The notes under the pieces were generated by a model. That model was given only the letters and a program-made list of their open reading frames with translations, was not told the DNA's origin and made no database searches. 64,000 nt of DNA. It comes from Patescibacteria group bacterium (lineage in GTDB: Bacteria; Patescibacteriota; Minisyncoccia; UBA6257; GWB1-50-10). The stretch spans positions 8,045 through 72,044 of the forward strand of contig JBFLWN010000005.1 of assembly GCA_040757555.1 (NCBI GenBank), read 5' to 3'. Each line of letters starts with the position of its first letter. Positions within the stretch are counted from its first letter, which is position 1. The position numbers and the translations under genes are program-made. Of this stretch, positions 1-10,464 are shown in pieces.

Positions 1-2098
1 CATTCCCCTCCCTTTTTATTGTCACTTCCACGGTTCCATTTTCTCCGGTATATTTTACCGCGTTTGAAATGAGATTTTGAAAAATAATTCTTGTAAGGCC
101 TTGGTCAAGAAGGAGAACCGGAATGGTGTTATCGTAAAATTCTTTTACCTTTAATTTCTTTTCTTCTATTTTTTGTGAAAGTTCTTTTATGATCTCCTGA
201 GAAATTTCTATAATATTTGTCGGTTGTGGATCAATCGCAAATGTACCCAGATCGATTCGAGAAACATTTAAAAGCGCTGTCACAAGTTGACCCATTCGTT
301 TACTCCCTCGATATACTTCGCCAAGATAGTCTTTTTGTTTTTTATTTAATTTTCCCACATCGCCGTCAAGTAACATCTCGGTGTACCAATTCATTGTAGA
401 AAGCGGAGTTCTTAATTGATGTGATGCAATAGAAACAAATTCTGTTTTTGCTCGATCAATCTTTTTATGCTCAGTGATATCTCTTTCAACTCCGACAAAA
501 AACGCAATTTCTCCAACTTTATTAAGAACGGGTGAAACAGAAATTACCGCGTCATATAATTCTCCATTTTTTCTTTTGTTTCTTATTTCTCCGATGAATG
601 TCTGTTTCTTGTTTTTTATAGTGTCCCAAAAATTTTTATAAAATTCGTCTGACATTGGTGCCTTCCATAAAGTCCCCGCCTTTTTTCCAATTGCTTCTTC
701 TGGATCATAACCCGTAATTCTTTTTATGGCTTTATTTCCGTATAACACAATTCCTTCTTGGTCGGTGATAACAATATGATCAGATACGCTATCTACCGCC
801 AATTTGAACTTCTGGAGGTCGCTTGCGAGGTTTTCGGCTCGTTGCTTTTCGATATCAATATCCTCTAAAATATTTGCAAGTGATTTTCGTTGTTCTTCCA
901 AATACTTGTCTCTTTCTACCAACTCTTTTGTTTTTTCTATAACCTCCCGCTTGGTGTTATTATCCGATTCTTTTATTTTCTTTATCATTATATTTATAGC
1001 GCTATCGAGATTATTGAATTCTTTTATATTTGTTTCTATTTTTGTGTCTACAGAATAATTACCGTTGCCAATTTCCTCAATTTTTTTATTTATTTTTCCA
1101 AAGGGTTTTAAAATTCTTCTTACCACAAGAAAAATAATCAATACGGAAAGCACCGTTGTTGCCAAAACAAAAAGACCGAGATTTGTAGTAAGATCTGTTA
1201 TTGGTTGCATCGCCTCGTTGAGTTTTTTCTCAAACACTATATAAAATGGAAATCCATCTATCTTAGAAACGTTTAAATATTCCAATGCCTTATCTTCATC
1301 ATCGTAGATTTCCTTTTCCCATATTCCTTGTATGTCGAACAAATTATTCTGGATATCATCATATCCCAATGCATCAACCACCTTCCCCCCATAGCGTTCT
1401 TTATTCGCAGTCTCTTTTTTTATTTCACTTATTGACCCGATACTCTTAAACAGATCCTCATTATTAGTCGAATAAAACACAATGCCGAAATTATCAATAA
1501 GCATCACCTCAAGATCCTTCGTAATATTGCTGAAGTTTAGAAGCTCCGAAAGATAGGTGGGATCAATTTTTATTACTGCAACACTAAAAATTTCACCTTC
1601 TTTGTTTTTTATTGGCTTGGAAAAATAAAGACCCAACTCATTGGTAACTGCCCCAAATGCAACATCAATCCCATGCTTCCCGGAAATTGCATCAACGAAA
1701 TAATTTCTGTATGAAAAGTCCTTTTGTAGCAACCGTTCATCTGTGGTGCTAATGACAAGACCAGTCTTGTCCATGATATAGACCGCCAAAAAGTGATCAT
1801 TGTGCTGATATCCCTTCAATACACTTACCATATCTCCATATTTGTACTTTTTCGGTTCCTCAATATATGACACTATCATTTCATCTCCGGCAAGTTTGGT
1901 TATGGTGTACTGAATATCCTTTAAAGCCGCATCTAGATCCCTGGATTTATCGATAATTAAACTTTTTGAGTTTTCTTCAAGATTATTTTTTAAAATATCT
2001 CCCGCATAATAAAAAACAAAAAGTGATGCCACTGTTCCAAAGAATATAACAATAAGGGTGGAAAAAATAAGTATCCTGTTACTGATCGTCGTTTTCAT
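1..2098 (-). CDS. Sensor histidine kinase (TM-Cache-TM-PAS-HisKA), runs off left edge
   Basis: Not in ORF track; read manually from ATG 2098 (MKTTISNRILIFSTLIVIFFG...). Cache-like segment DFSYRNYF; H-box ASHQLRTPLSTMNWYTEMLL near 370-440. Confidence 0.9.
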   Translation of the reverse strand, partial: MKTTISNRILIFSTLIVIFFGTVASLFVFYYAGDILKNNLEENSKSLIIDKSRDLDAALKDIQYTITKLAGDEMIVSYIEEPKKYKYGDMVSVLKGYQHNDHFLAVYIMDKTGLVISTTDERLLQKDFSYRNYFVDAISGKHGIDVAFGAVTNELGLYFSKPIKNKEGEIFSVAVIKIDPTYLSELLNFSNITKDLEVMLIDNFGIVFYSTNNEDLFKSIGSISEIKKETANKERYGGKVVDALGYDDIQNNLFDIQGIWEKEIYDDEDKALEYLNVSKIDGFPFYIVFEKKLNEAMQPITDLTTNLGLFVLATTVLSVLIIFLVVRRILKPFGKINKKIEEIGNGNYSVDTKIETNIKEFNNLDSAINIMIKKIKESDNNTKREVIEKTKELVERDKYLEEQRKSLANILEDIDIEKQRAENLASDLQKFKLAVDSVSDHIVITDQEGIVLYGNKAIKRITGYDPEEAIGKKAGTLWKAPMSDEFYKNFWDTIKNKKQTFIGEIRNKRKNGELYDAVISVSPVLNKVGEIAFFVGVERDITEHKKIDRAKTEFVSIASHQLRTPLSTMNWYTEMLLDGDVGKLNKKQKDYLGEVYRGSKRMGQLVTALLNVSRIDLGTFAIDPQPTNIIEISQEIIKELSQKIEEKKLKVKEFYDNTIPVLLLDQGLTRIIFQNLISNAVKYTGENGTVEVTIKREGN

Positions 2099-2112
2099 TA
2101 TATTTTTTAAAA

Positions 2113-2502
2113 TTATCTTATATATTTTTTTACTCTTTCAATCATCTCTTGTATCGAAATATTCGCTTTAATAAGATAATCGGACGCGCCAAGTTTTTTA
2201 GCTTTACTCACATCTTCATCTTGGCCAAGATTAGAGACCATGATAACGGGGATATGCAGAAGGTCTGGATCTGACTTAAGTATTTTCAATGTATCAAAAC
2301 CATTCTGGATCGGCATGATAATATCCAGAAGAATTAATTGTGGATCTTTTTGTTTTGCAATTTCGAGAACTTCTCTCCCATTACTCGCCAAAAACACAAC
2401 ATATCCCTCTTTTTCTAACTTGAGACGAAAAATATTCGCATAATTTTTATCATCTTCACCTACCAATATTTTATTTTTTTTAGGAACTATTTTGTTTTCC
2501 AT
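2113..2502 (-). CDS. Single-domain response regulator (CheY-like receiver)
   Basis: ILVGEDD, LILLDIIMP, VIMVSNL, DYLIKA receiver motifs. Confidence 0.95.
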   Translation of the reverse strand: MENKIVPKKNKILVGEDDKNYANIFRLKLEKEGYVVFLASNGREVLEIAKQKDPQLILLDIIMPIQNGFDTLKILKSDPDLLHIPVIMVSNLGQDEDVSKAKKLGASDYLIKANISIQEMIERVKKYIR

Positions 2503-2505
2503 ATA

Positions 2506-3870
2506 TTATTTAAGAATAGGAATCGAGAAATAAAATGTTGAACCTTTATTTTCTACACTTTCAAACCATATGCGCCCCCCCCATCTCTCTATATATGATC
2601 TTACAATAAAAAGACCGAGACCTGAACCATCGGGAACACTCAAAATTGCACGAGATCCCCTAAAAAATCGGGAAAAGACCTTTTCTTTCTCGTTATCGGG
2701 GATACCCATTCCAGTATCAGAAACAGATATAATAATTTCGTTTTTTCTGTCTTCTATAATAATGGAAATTGAACCACGAGAAACATTATAACGAATCGCA
2801 TTTCCAATTATATTTTGAATAACATCGCGAAATCGTCTTGGATCAACAATAACATCGATGAGGATATATTTTTTTACATCAAAAGAAACAGAGATCTCCA
2901 TTTTTTCGATTTCTGAAATATATTCTTGAATGACCGATTGAATAATCGGTCCCAAAAGAACGTGTTCTGGACGATCGTCGAATCTCCCCTCTTCAATATG
3001 AGAAATGTTTAAGAGGTCATTTACGAGTCCAATTGCTCGTTTATTTGTTTCATATATGTTTTGGATGATCGATTTCACTGCTTCGGGAAATGAGGTGCCC
3101 ATTTCTTCCATGAGAAGTTCGATATTCCACCGAATTGATCCGAGAGGAGTTCTTAATTGATGTGCTGCCACCGATATGAAACCGCTTTTCATCTCATCTA
3201 TCTCCTTTTCTTTAGTGATATCTCTCAGTGCAATAACCGTCCCATGAAGTACTCCCTGAATAATTACGGGAGAGATATTTAAAGACACGGGAATTTTCTT
3301 CTGAGATCCTTCCTTCTTGAGGTAAAAAAATCCCTTTGGTTTGGTAAGAAATGGAACCGCATCTTCTTTTAAGAAAAATAATTTTTGTAAAGGATGGGTA
3401 CTTTTTGAAATTTTCTTTTCTCTTTCGTCGTACAATCCAATAAATTCAAATATATTCTTCCTCTTCCATTCGTTTTCTTCACACATAAGAATGTGCTCAG
3501 CCTGCGGATTCAAAAAAACAATAATCCCTTTCTCATCGGTCGCAATAATTCCATCTGCAATACTCTTTAATAGCGCCTCGTCTAACTTTTGTTTTTCCTC
3601 AACAGATTCTTTCTCATGACGTACAATGAGAAACGCCTGTACGGTAAGCAACATACTTCCTACAAAAACAAAGATCCCCGAAATACTAGAAAGAAGTTCT
3701 GAAGTAAGATCAGGATTAAAATAAATAAGAAAACGAATTGTGCGTTCCGCAAAACCCGAGACTCCCCATAACCCAAGAAATATCATAAGAAAAGACACCG
3801 TCATGAGTCCTGCGTGTTGACGGGAAACTTCTGAATTAGAAAAGAATCTCCTTTTTGTTAAACGTCGCAT
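2506..3870 (-). CDS. PAS-domain sensor histidine kinase
   Basis: Two TM helices, PAS, AAHQLRTPL H-box, NAIRY N-box, DTGMGI, GSGLGL. Confidence 0.95.
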   Translation of the reverse strand: MRRLTKRRFFSNSEVSRQHAGLMTVSFLMIFLGLWGVSGFAERTIRFLIYFNPDLTSELLSSISGIFVFVGSMLLTVQAFLIVRHEKESVEEKQKLDEALLKSIADGIIATDEKGIIVFLNPQAEHILMCEENEWKRKNIFEFIGLYDEREKKISKSTHPLQKLFFLKEDAVPFLTKPKGFFYLKKEGSQKKIPVSLNISPVIIQGVLHGTVIALRDITKEKEIDEMKSGFISVAAHQLRTPLGSIRWNIELLMEEMGTSFPEAVKSIIQNIYETNKRAIGLVNDLLNISHIEEGRFDDRPEHVLLGPIIQSVIQEYISEIEKMEISVSFDVKKYILIDVIVDPRRFRDVIQNIIGNAIRYNVSRGSISIIIEDRKNEIIISVSDTGMGIPDNEKEKVFSRFFRGSRAILSVPDGSGLGLFIVRSYIERWGGRIWFESVENKGSTFYFSIPILK

Positions 3871-3876
3871 TTATTA

Positions 3877-4338
3877 TTAGCGAGTAGCATTAATAACGGC
3901 CCCTTGCTCAGCACGTGGTGCACATACCGTCACACGATTTGTTGCATCCTTCGAGATGCTATATCCGGTACCATATGTCGAAGTCGAACCTGTTGGATCT
4001 ATGGGAATTGATACAAGGTATTTTTTACTGTTGGTAAGAACTGAAAGATCAACAAGATTTGTGCAAATTCCATCCATCTTACAAATTTCCGTTGTCGCGG
4101 CTATTCCACAATCTGAGTTAAGAGGGATTGTTGAGGGAATTGTTCCCGAGTTATCGATTGCATATTGATATACCGCGTTCAATATTGTATTCACGTCAGC
4201 CTTCCGCTGTGTATTTTTTGTATCTGCAAGTTGTTTTCCAGGATTGATGGCAAGGATGATAATACCGGCGAGAATCGCGATGATTGCAACAACTAATAAT
4301 ACTTCGAGAAGTGTGAATCCATCTTGTTTTTTGTTCAT
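3877..4338 (-). CDS. Type IV pilin
   Basis: Class III signal GFTLLEVLLVVAIIAIL; likely start MNKKQDG at 4338; C-terminal cysteines. Confidence 0.9.
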   Translation of the reverse strand: MNKKQDGFTLLEVLLVVAIIAILAGIIILAINPGKQLADTKNTQRKADVNTILNAVYQYAIDNSGTIPSTIPLNSDCGIAATTEICKMDGICTNLVDLSVLTNSKKYLVSIPIDPTGSTSTYGTGYSISKDATNRVTVCAPRAEQGAVINATR

Positions 4339-4445
4339 AATAATAGAATCTTCTGCGACTTGTCCTTTTATTTTACCATATTCTGCGCTAAAAAACGGAA
4401 AAACCCACATATATTATGCAGGTTTCTTCGTATTATTATGTATCC

Positions 4446-4904
4446 TTATCGAGTAACTGTTATGGTTTGAGAATTTTCTGCGTGGGGAGCGGTGACAGTG
4501 ATTCTTGAATTTGCTGTCTTCAAAATACTGTATCCGGTACCCACAGTGGATGTCGATTGTGGGTCGACTGGAATTGCAGTCAAATATTTTTCATTGAGTG
4601 CGAGTGTATCAGTCAGATTTACTAGAGATGTACAAGATGAAGTTGCAATCGTGCTTCTACAGATTTCTGTGGTGGTGGTAGTCACTGTTGAGGGAATTGT
4701 TCCTGAATTATCGATCGCATATTGATATACGGCATTCAATATCGTATTTACATCTGCTTTTCTCTGGGTATTCCTTGCATCCGCAAGTTGTTTTCCGGGA
4801 TTGATTGCGAGAATCACGATACCCGCAAGAATTGCGATAATTGCAACGACTAATAATACTTCGAGTAAGGTAAACCCATTTTGTTTTTTGTTGTATGTTT
4901 TCAT
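4446..4904 (-). CDS. Type IV pilin (paralog of 3877-4338)
   Basis: GFTLLEVLLVVAIIAILAG; likely start MKTYNKK at 4904. Confidence 0.9.
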   Translation of the reverse strand: MKTYNKKQNGFTLLEVLLVVAIIAILAGIVILAINPGKQLADARNTQRKADVNTILNAVYQYAIDNSGTIPSTVTTTTTEICRSTIATSSCTSLVNLTDTLALNEKYLTAIPVDPQSTSTVGTGYSILKTANSRITVTAPHAENSQTITVTR

Positions 4905-4912
4905 TTTTAATT

Positions 4913-5329
4913 TTAATTTTCCTGCCACGACAAAATTTGAATTGTAGGACTTATTTGATTAATTTGAATATTTATTTTTCGAACAATGGTTCCTACAGTG
5001 CTTGATGAAATAATAGTACGATTTGATCCCCCACCATTCGTTACTGAATATCCACACGTCCCCTGTCCCAAAGTAAGTGTGCCCGAACTCGCAAAAGAGG
5101 GAGAATCATGTATCTGCTGAAGCGCTTCCTCAGCACATGCGTTTGCCAATCCTTTTGCTTGATTCGACTTTTCATTTGCAAAACTTGTTTGCGATGACCC
5201 CACACCAAGCAATATGACAGAAACAGCAATTGCGACACCAATAGCCCCCGCCACCAAAACACTCACTAATGTAATATATCCACCTACTCCGTCATTATAA
5301 CAAATATTATCTTTAAAATTAAAATGCAT
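4913..5329 (-). CDS. PilX-like minor pilin
   Basis: GYITLVSVLV lacking Glu5, A-x-ACAEEAL helix, C-terminal SWQE. Confidence 0.75.
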   Translation of the reverse strand: MHFNFKDNICYNDGVGGYITLVSVLVAGAIGVAIAVSVILLGVGSSQTSFANEKSNQAKGLANACAEEALQQIHDSPSFASSGTLTLGQGTCGYSVTNGGGSNRTIISSSTVGTIVRKINIQINQISPTIQILSWQEN

Positions 5330-5343
5330 AATGTTTTTTGTGT

Positions 5344-5886
5344 TTATCGAAGTGTTCCCGATGCGATAAATGTTTTTTGAAAATCATACTCGTTTACGTT
5401 ATTTGGATTCTTGTAGGAAAGGGTAAATTGGATACGGAGAGTTCCAGGAGTGCTTGGACGGGAAAGATTTTGAAATGTGAGATTGGAAGCGGTGATACGG
5501 GAATTGGTAAGTGAAACAGCTGCACCCGCGCCTTCAGTAAGGCGAATTGCTCCTCCAGAGAGATCAAAGATTGTTGGATTATTTGAGGGGACCGTAGTAT
5601 TTAAAGAAAGAGAAGGTGCATTTGTGCCTATACTTGGAGAATTAATGAGATCAGCGTTTCGAATGGTCTGCGTTATAATTTGCATTACTTGCAATCCCTG
5701 TTGCTCAACCTCTCCGATGGCTTGATTTTTAATGCGTGACCCCAGCAACATAGAGAGGAAAACAGATACCGCAACAACCAACACTGCGGAAAGCCCTACG
5801 TACAACAATAACTCAACGAGTGTAAACCCTCGATTGTTTTTTGAGTTTGTGCTGAAAAATTTCTTTGGATTAATATTTTTTTTCAT
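5344..5886 (-). CDS. Minor pilin (PilW-like)
   Basis: RGFTLVELLLY prepilin motif. Confidence 0.85.
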   Translation of the reverse strand: MKKNINPKKFFSTNSKNNRGFTLVELLLYVGLSAVLVVAVSVFLSMLLGSRIKNQAIGEVEQQGLQVMQIITQTIRNADLINSPSIGTNAPSLSLNTTVPSNNPTIFDLSGGAIRLTEGAGAAVSLTNSRITASNLTFQNLSRPSTPGTLRIQFTLSYKNPNNVNEYDFQKTFIASGTLR

Positions 5887-5888
5887 AG

Positions 5889-7280
5889 TTATGGTGCAAT
5901 CACACTAAGTTCCGCATTGTCGGTTATACCGACACAATATGCACGATCAGATATTTCGTCATACGCAACCCCATTGAATGTCGCACCATTGTATACTCCA
6001 ACTTGTATTGGAACACTCGGAATAGATATGTCGACTATTTCCAATTCACTTGGACCATTTGATTCGGCGAGAAACGCATATGCATTACCGTTTCCCATTG
6101 AAATATCATTAATGACAGCTCCTCCGGTAAACGATGCGACAAGTAGAGGACTCGTTGGAGTCGATATATCTACTATTCTAAGTGACGATCCTTGCCCAAC
6201 TAACAATGTTGAGCTCGCAAGGGCAATAGTTGTTGCATTCGTATTGCCGGCAAAATTTAATCCACTGAGATTAACCGGAGCTGATGGGACTGAAATATCT
6301 ATTATTTCTAACTCTTGCGCATTATCACCCGAAGCAAGATAGGCATAGTTTCCCGAAATAACTATTTCATATTCCGTTTGGCCGAGACTAAGCGATCCAA
6401 TGAGAGATGGCGTACCCGGATTGGAAACATCTATAACTATAAATGTGTCACCCCCTCCCGTATCACGACCAAGATATGCAGTCGAACCAACTACATAAAT
6501 TCCTACTCCATTTCCATTTCCTGGAGCATTATATGTTCCCACAACACTTGGAGAAACTGGGTTTGATATATCGATGATTTGCAATTCTTGGGCATTATCA
6601 TTATTTGTCACATATGCATAATTTCCCAAGACAAAAATATTATTCGGTGTTCCGGGAAGCGTGAGTGATCCGGCAAGTGATGGAAGAGAGGGGGTGCTGA
6701 TATCCACCACAATAAAATCCGGCGTACCGCCATTTCGTACAATATATGCATAATTACCTTGTACGGCTATTTTAAGACCATCATTTGTACCACTCGCATC
6801 ATATGTACCGACAAGCGTATTTGGATTTGCCCAATTTCCAATAACTATCGCCATCCAATTCGTAAGACGTGAAACAAGTGAAACCGAACCCGATCGTTGT
6901 TGATTTTGTTGCCAGGAGACATTTGAGGTAATCAATTTTCTTTTTGCATCAACGGTTGCAATGGTTATTTGGCGAGTGAAACCACCTATCGTATCCTGCG
7001 AACCCGAAAATATCCATTGATTACTTGACGTCGCAAGTCCATATGTTCCATCGACAAGATTTACGTACGATGCATCACGGATATTACGAACCACTTCCAA
7101 GCCCTCTTCTGCGAGTATCGTCGCTCGCACACGACTCCCTGAAAGTGCGGTTGACTCTTGACCATATAAATATGCACCAACAAGTCCGGTTACCAACAAT
7201 CCAAAAATTGTGGCCGCAAGAAGTGCTTCAATGGAAATAAAACCTCTTTTCAAATTAATAACTGACCATTCCTTTTGCAT
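5889..7280 (-). CDS. Minor pilin fused to LVIVD-repeat beta-propeller (putative adhesin)
   Basis: Likely start MQKEWSV at 7280; RGFISIEALL pilin motif; repeated GNYAYV...LxIIDISxPxxP units. Confidence 0.8.
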   Translation of the reverse strand: MQKEWSVINLKRGFISIEALLAATIFGLLVTGLVGAYLYGQESTALSGSRVRATILAEEGLEVVRNIRDASYVNLVDGTYGLATSSNQWIFSGSQDTIGGFTRQITIATVDAKRKLITSNVSWQQNQQRSGSVSLVSRLTNWMAIVIGNWANPNTLVGTYDASGTNDGLKIAVQGNYAYIVRNGGTPDFIVVDISTPSLPSLAGSLTLPGTPNNIFVLGNYAYVTNNDNAQELQIIDISNPVSPSVVGTYNAPGNGNGVGIYVVGSTAYLGRDTGGGDTFIVIDVSNPGTPSLIGSLSLGQTEYEIVISGNYAYLASGDNAQELEIIDISVPSAPVNLSGLNFAGNTNATTIALASSTLLVGQGSSLRIVDISTPTSPLLVASFTGGAVINDISMGNGNAYAFLAESNGPSELEIVDISIPSVPIQVGVYNGATFNGVAYDEISDRAYCVGITDNAELSVIAP

Positions 7281-7698
7281 TAGTGATGATTGTTCTTGTT
7301 TCATTATTAATTGATGTAAATGTGAGTGTCCCCGTGCTTTGTGGGAGACCCGTGAAACGGCTGAATACATATTCCTGAGTTCCTGATGCAATAATATTTG
7401 TCGGAATAGTAAACACTTCATCAAATGTGGAATCACGACCCACGTAGTTTGGACCCTTAAAAAGAGTAATACTCCCGGATTGCGTGTGTGTACCCCAACT
7501 TGTATCGCCATCGGAAGCCTGGGCTAACAATTGGGCTCGCCGTAAACTTTGTGCAAGGGTCACTGTGGCAATATCGAGTTCATTTCTATTTTGAAACGAT
7601 TGAAAAATCGGAATTCCTGTCGCAACAATAACAGAAATAATCGCAAGCGAAAGTAATATTTCAATAAGGGTGAACCCTCTATTATGTGAAAAATACAT
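7255..7698 (-). CDS. Minor pilin (FimT/GspH-like)
   Basis: RGFTLIEILL; LRRAQLLA helix; F-x3-G C-terminal pattern. Confidence 0.8.
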   Translation of the reverse strand: MYFSHNRGFTLIEILLSLAIISVIVATGIPIFQSFQNRNELDIATVTLAQSLRRAQLLAQASDGDTSWGTHTQSGSITLFKGPNYVGRDSTFDEVFTIPTNIIASGTQEYVFSRFTGLPQSTGTLTFTSINNETRTIITNAKGMVSY

Positions 7699-7710
7699 AC
7701 AATGGAAATC

Positions 7711-8811
7711 TTACGGATTTAGTCCTCCAAGGAGAGAATATAATGGCAATATCACTGCGAGAGCAATTCCCGCAACACCAATCCACACAATCACAAGAAG
7801 TATTGGCTCAAGAATTACAGAAAGATTTTTTGTCGTAATCTCGGTTTTTTCTTCAAAAATACTTCCGATGGTGGTAAATATTTTCGCCAAGTTTCCCGAT
7901 TGTTCTCCCGCAACAATCATTTGTTGTATGGGAACCGGAATTAATCTTTTTGTGTAGGGGAATGTAGAAAAACTTTTTTTGAAAGAATTCCCCTCCTCAA
8001 TTTCTTTTCGAATATAATCGAAAAACATTTGATACCTTCGAAATCCCGTCACTTCACTCAATGAACTTAACGCGTCAGTTAAGGATAGTCCGGCATTTAA
8101 AAGTGTTCCAAGCATATATCCAAAACGTGCGATTTCGATTTCTTTCACCAATTTTCCGATTGCAGGAAAAAGAAATAATACATCCTGTCCAATATGTTTT
8201 GTTTTTTTGAATATAAAGAGAAAAAACCAAAGAATGAATAACACAGCAACAAAAATGGGTATCACAATATATCCATATGTTCCCAAATAGGTTCCTACAT
8301 TAATAAGCATGCGGGTAAGAACCGGAAGATCCAAACGTAATCCTGAGAATACGGAAGCAAGTTTAGGAAGTATAAACCACGTGATCCCAATACCGATCAC
8401 GACAGTGAGAGAAAATACGATTCCCGGGTAAAGCATCGCTGAGCGTATTTTTGATTTAAACACGCGATCTTTTCGTTCTTGAGAAATTATCACTTTGAAA
8501 TTTTCTGATAATCTTCCCGTTTCTTCCCCGATGCGGAGAAGAGCAATCACATTTGTGGAAAATATATTGGTATGGTCGAGTACTTTCCATAATGAAACCC
8601 CCGCATCAATCTCCTCTTTCATAAAGTCTATCATCTCTTTCATGGCTTTTGACTTACTTTCCGATTTAATTGCTTCAAGCGCAACCATAATATTCATTCC
8701 GGAAGAAATGAGGAGAGAAATATTCTCTATAAAATAGGCCCGCTCATCCTTGGTGATGCGTGCAAGCGAAAAGAAAGAGAAAAAATTTTTTTGTTTTCTG
8801 TTTTTTTCCAT
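7711..8811 (-). CDS. pilC: Type IV pilus/T2SS platform protein (PilC/GspF)
   Basis: GEETGRL, SAMLYP, AGEQSGNL, LEPILL. Confidence 0.92.
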   Translation of the reverse strand: MEKNRKQKNFFSFFSLARITKDERAYFIENISLLISSGMNIMVALEAIKSESKSKAMKEMIDFMKEEIDAGVSLWKVLDHTNIFSTNVIALLRIGEETGRLSENFKVIISQERKDRVFKSKIRSAMLYPGIVFSLTVVIGIGITWFILPKLASVFSGLRLDLPVLTRMLINVGTYLGTYGYIVIPIFVAVLFILWFFLFIFKKTKHIGQDVLFLFPAIGKLVKEIEIARFGYMLGTLLNAGLSLTDALSSLSEVTGFRRYQMFFDYIRKEIEEGNSFKKSFSTFPYTKRLIPVPIQQMIVAGEQSGNLAKIFTTIGSIFEEKTEITTKNLSVILEPILLVIVWIGVAGIALAVILPLYSLLGGLNP

Positions 8812-8814
8812 TAT

Positions 8815-10464
8815 TTATTCTTTTGAAGGAGACGAAACACGCAATAATTCTTCTACGGTAGTAATCCCCGCTTTTACTTTCTCTATTCCATCTTCAAACA
8901 AAGACTTCGATCCTTGTGTGCGAGCAAGAGACCATATGTCTTGAGCCGATGGATTTTTCATTACCAAGTCTTTTATTTCAGGTGTCACGTGGATAAACTC
9001 AAATATTCCTGTTCTTCCTTTGTATCCGGTGAAATTACACACCGGACATCCCTTTCCTTTGTATAAAGTAGTTTTTTCTTCAAAGTGTTTGGAAATAAGT
9101 GGAGATATTTTTTCCAATACGGACCGATCCACCGGAATACTGAAACGGCATGCCTCACAGATTTTTCTCACCAACCGTTGTGCAATAATCAACTCAAGCG
9201 TCGAGGCGAGTAAAAATGGTTCTACTTTCATATCAAACAGACGAGGAATTGCGGTTGCGGCATCGTTTGCGTGAAATGTAGAAAATAATAAATGCCCGGT
9301 AAGTGCGGCATTTACCGCAATATCGGCAGTTTCGTTATCACGGATTTCTCCCACCAGAATAATATCGGGATCCTGTCTCACGATCGAACGAAGCCCCTCG
9401 GAAAATGTGAGATTGGTCTGTTCATTCACCTGAATCTGATTGATTCCGGTTATTTTATATTCAATAGGATCTTCGATGGTGGTGATATTTTTTTCCGGGG
9501 TATTAAAAGTTTTGATTAGCGAATACAGTGTTGTGGTTTTTCCGGATCCCGTTGGTCCTGTCACAAGAATCATTCCGAATGGTTTTTGCGCTGCCTTTAC
9601 GAGCATATTCTGATGTTCCTCGGAAAGACCTAAATCACCTAGGGTAAATCCCCTCACATATTCCGAAAGTAAACGTATTGCTATTTTTTCGCCATCCATG
9701 ATTGGAATAACGGAAATTCTCATATCGATATTCTCAGTCCCATTTTTATATCGAAGCGAACCATCCTGCGCGGAAAAATGTTCATCCGTTCTCATGTGTC
9801 CCTGTATCTTTATTCTGTTTAAAATATTCTCGTAATATTCCTTCGGGATTCTCCCCGCTTCCTGTAACACTCCATCGATTCTGAAACGAATCACCACTTC
9901 CTGCTCCTGTGGTTCGAAATGTATATCGGATGCTCGATAGGTCGCAGCATCTTCGATAATTTCTCCGATTATTTCGGGAGCCACTTTTACATTCTGTTTA
10001 ATGATTGATGCAAATCGCGTTTCAAGCGCTTTTTTGTAATACACAAAAGAAGCATTAATATCATCGGGAAGTGAATATGCAAGTGTAATTTTTTTCTCAA
10101 CCCCAAATACCATTTTAAGGCTCTCCCCCAATCCCACTTGGGAAGGATCATCAGTACTTATGAGAAATTCGTCTTTTGTCTCTTTAAACAGCACAACTCT
10201 GAATTTTCTCGCGATATCTTCCGGAATACGAAGTGCTTGTTCGCGAGACGGTTGATGGGAATTAAGGTCCGCATATTGAACAAAAAATGATTCGGCAATC
10301 GCCTGTCCAATCAAATCCCTTGTGATAAGTTCTTTTGATATAAGATAATCGATCGCGGTTATATTTCCCGTCTGTGCGACGATCTCCGCCTTTTTCATGT
10401 CAGCGGGATCAATATAATTACGCTCAATCAATATTTCTTTCACCTTTGGGTCGTATAGGTTCAT
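8815..10464 (-). CDS. pilB: Pilus assembly ATPase (PilB/GspE)
   Basis: ASDIHFEP, GPTGSGKTTT, TIEDPIEY, RQDPDIILVGEIRD, two CxxC motifs. Confidence 0.95.
   Translation of the reverse strand: MNLYDPKVKEILIERNYIDPADMKKAEIVAQTGNITAIDYLISKELITRDLIGQAIAESFFVQYADLNSHQPSREQALRIPEDIARKFRVVLFKETKDEFLISTDDPSQVGLGESLKMVFGVEKKITLAYSLPDDINASFVYYKKALETRFASIIKQNVKVAPEIIGEIIEDAATYRASDIHFEPQEQEVVIRFRIDGVLQEAGRIPKEYYENILNRIKIQGHMRTDEHFSAQDGSLRYKNGTENIDMRISVIPIMDGEKIAIRLLSEYVRGFTLGDLGLSEEHQNMLVKAAQKPFGMILVTGPTGSGKTTTLYSLIKTFNTPEKNITTIEDPIEYKITGINQIQVNEQTNLTFSEGLRSIVRQDPDIILVGEIRDNETADIAVNAALTGHLLFSTFHANDAATAIPRLFDMKVEPFLLASTLELIIAQRLVRKICEACRFSIPVDRSVLEKISPLISKHFEEKTTLYKGKGCPVCNFTGYKGRTGIFEFIHVTPEIKDLVMKNPSAQDIWSLARTQGSKSLFEDGIEKVKAGITTVEELLRVSSPSKE

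Noticed and set aside
7281-7511. N-terminal extension of the 540-aa ORF
   Set aside because: Overlaps the upstream pilin gene in another frame; the prepilin motif points to a start at 7280
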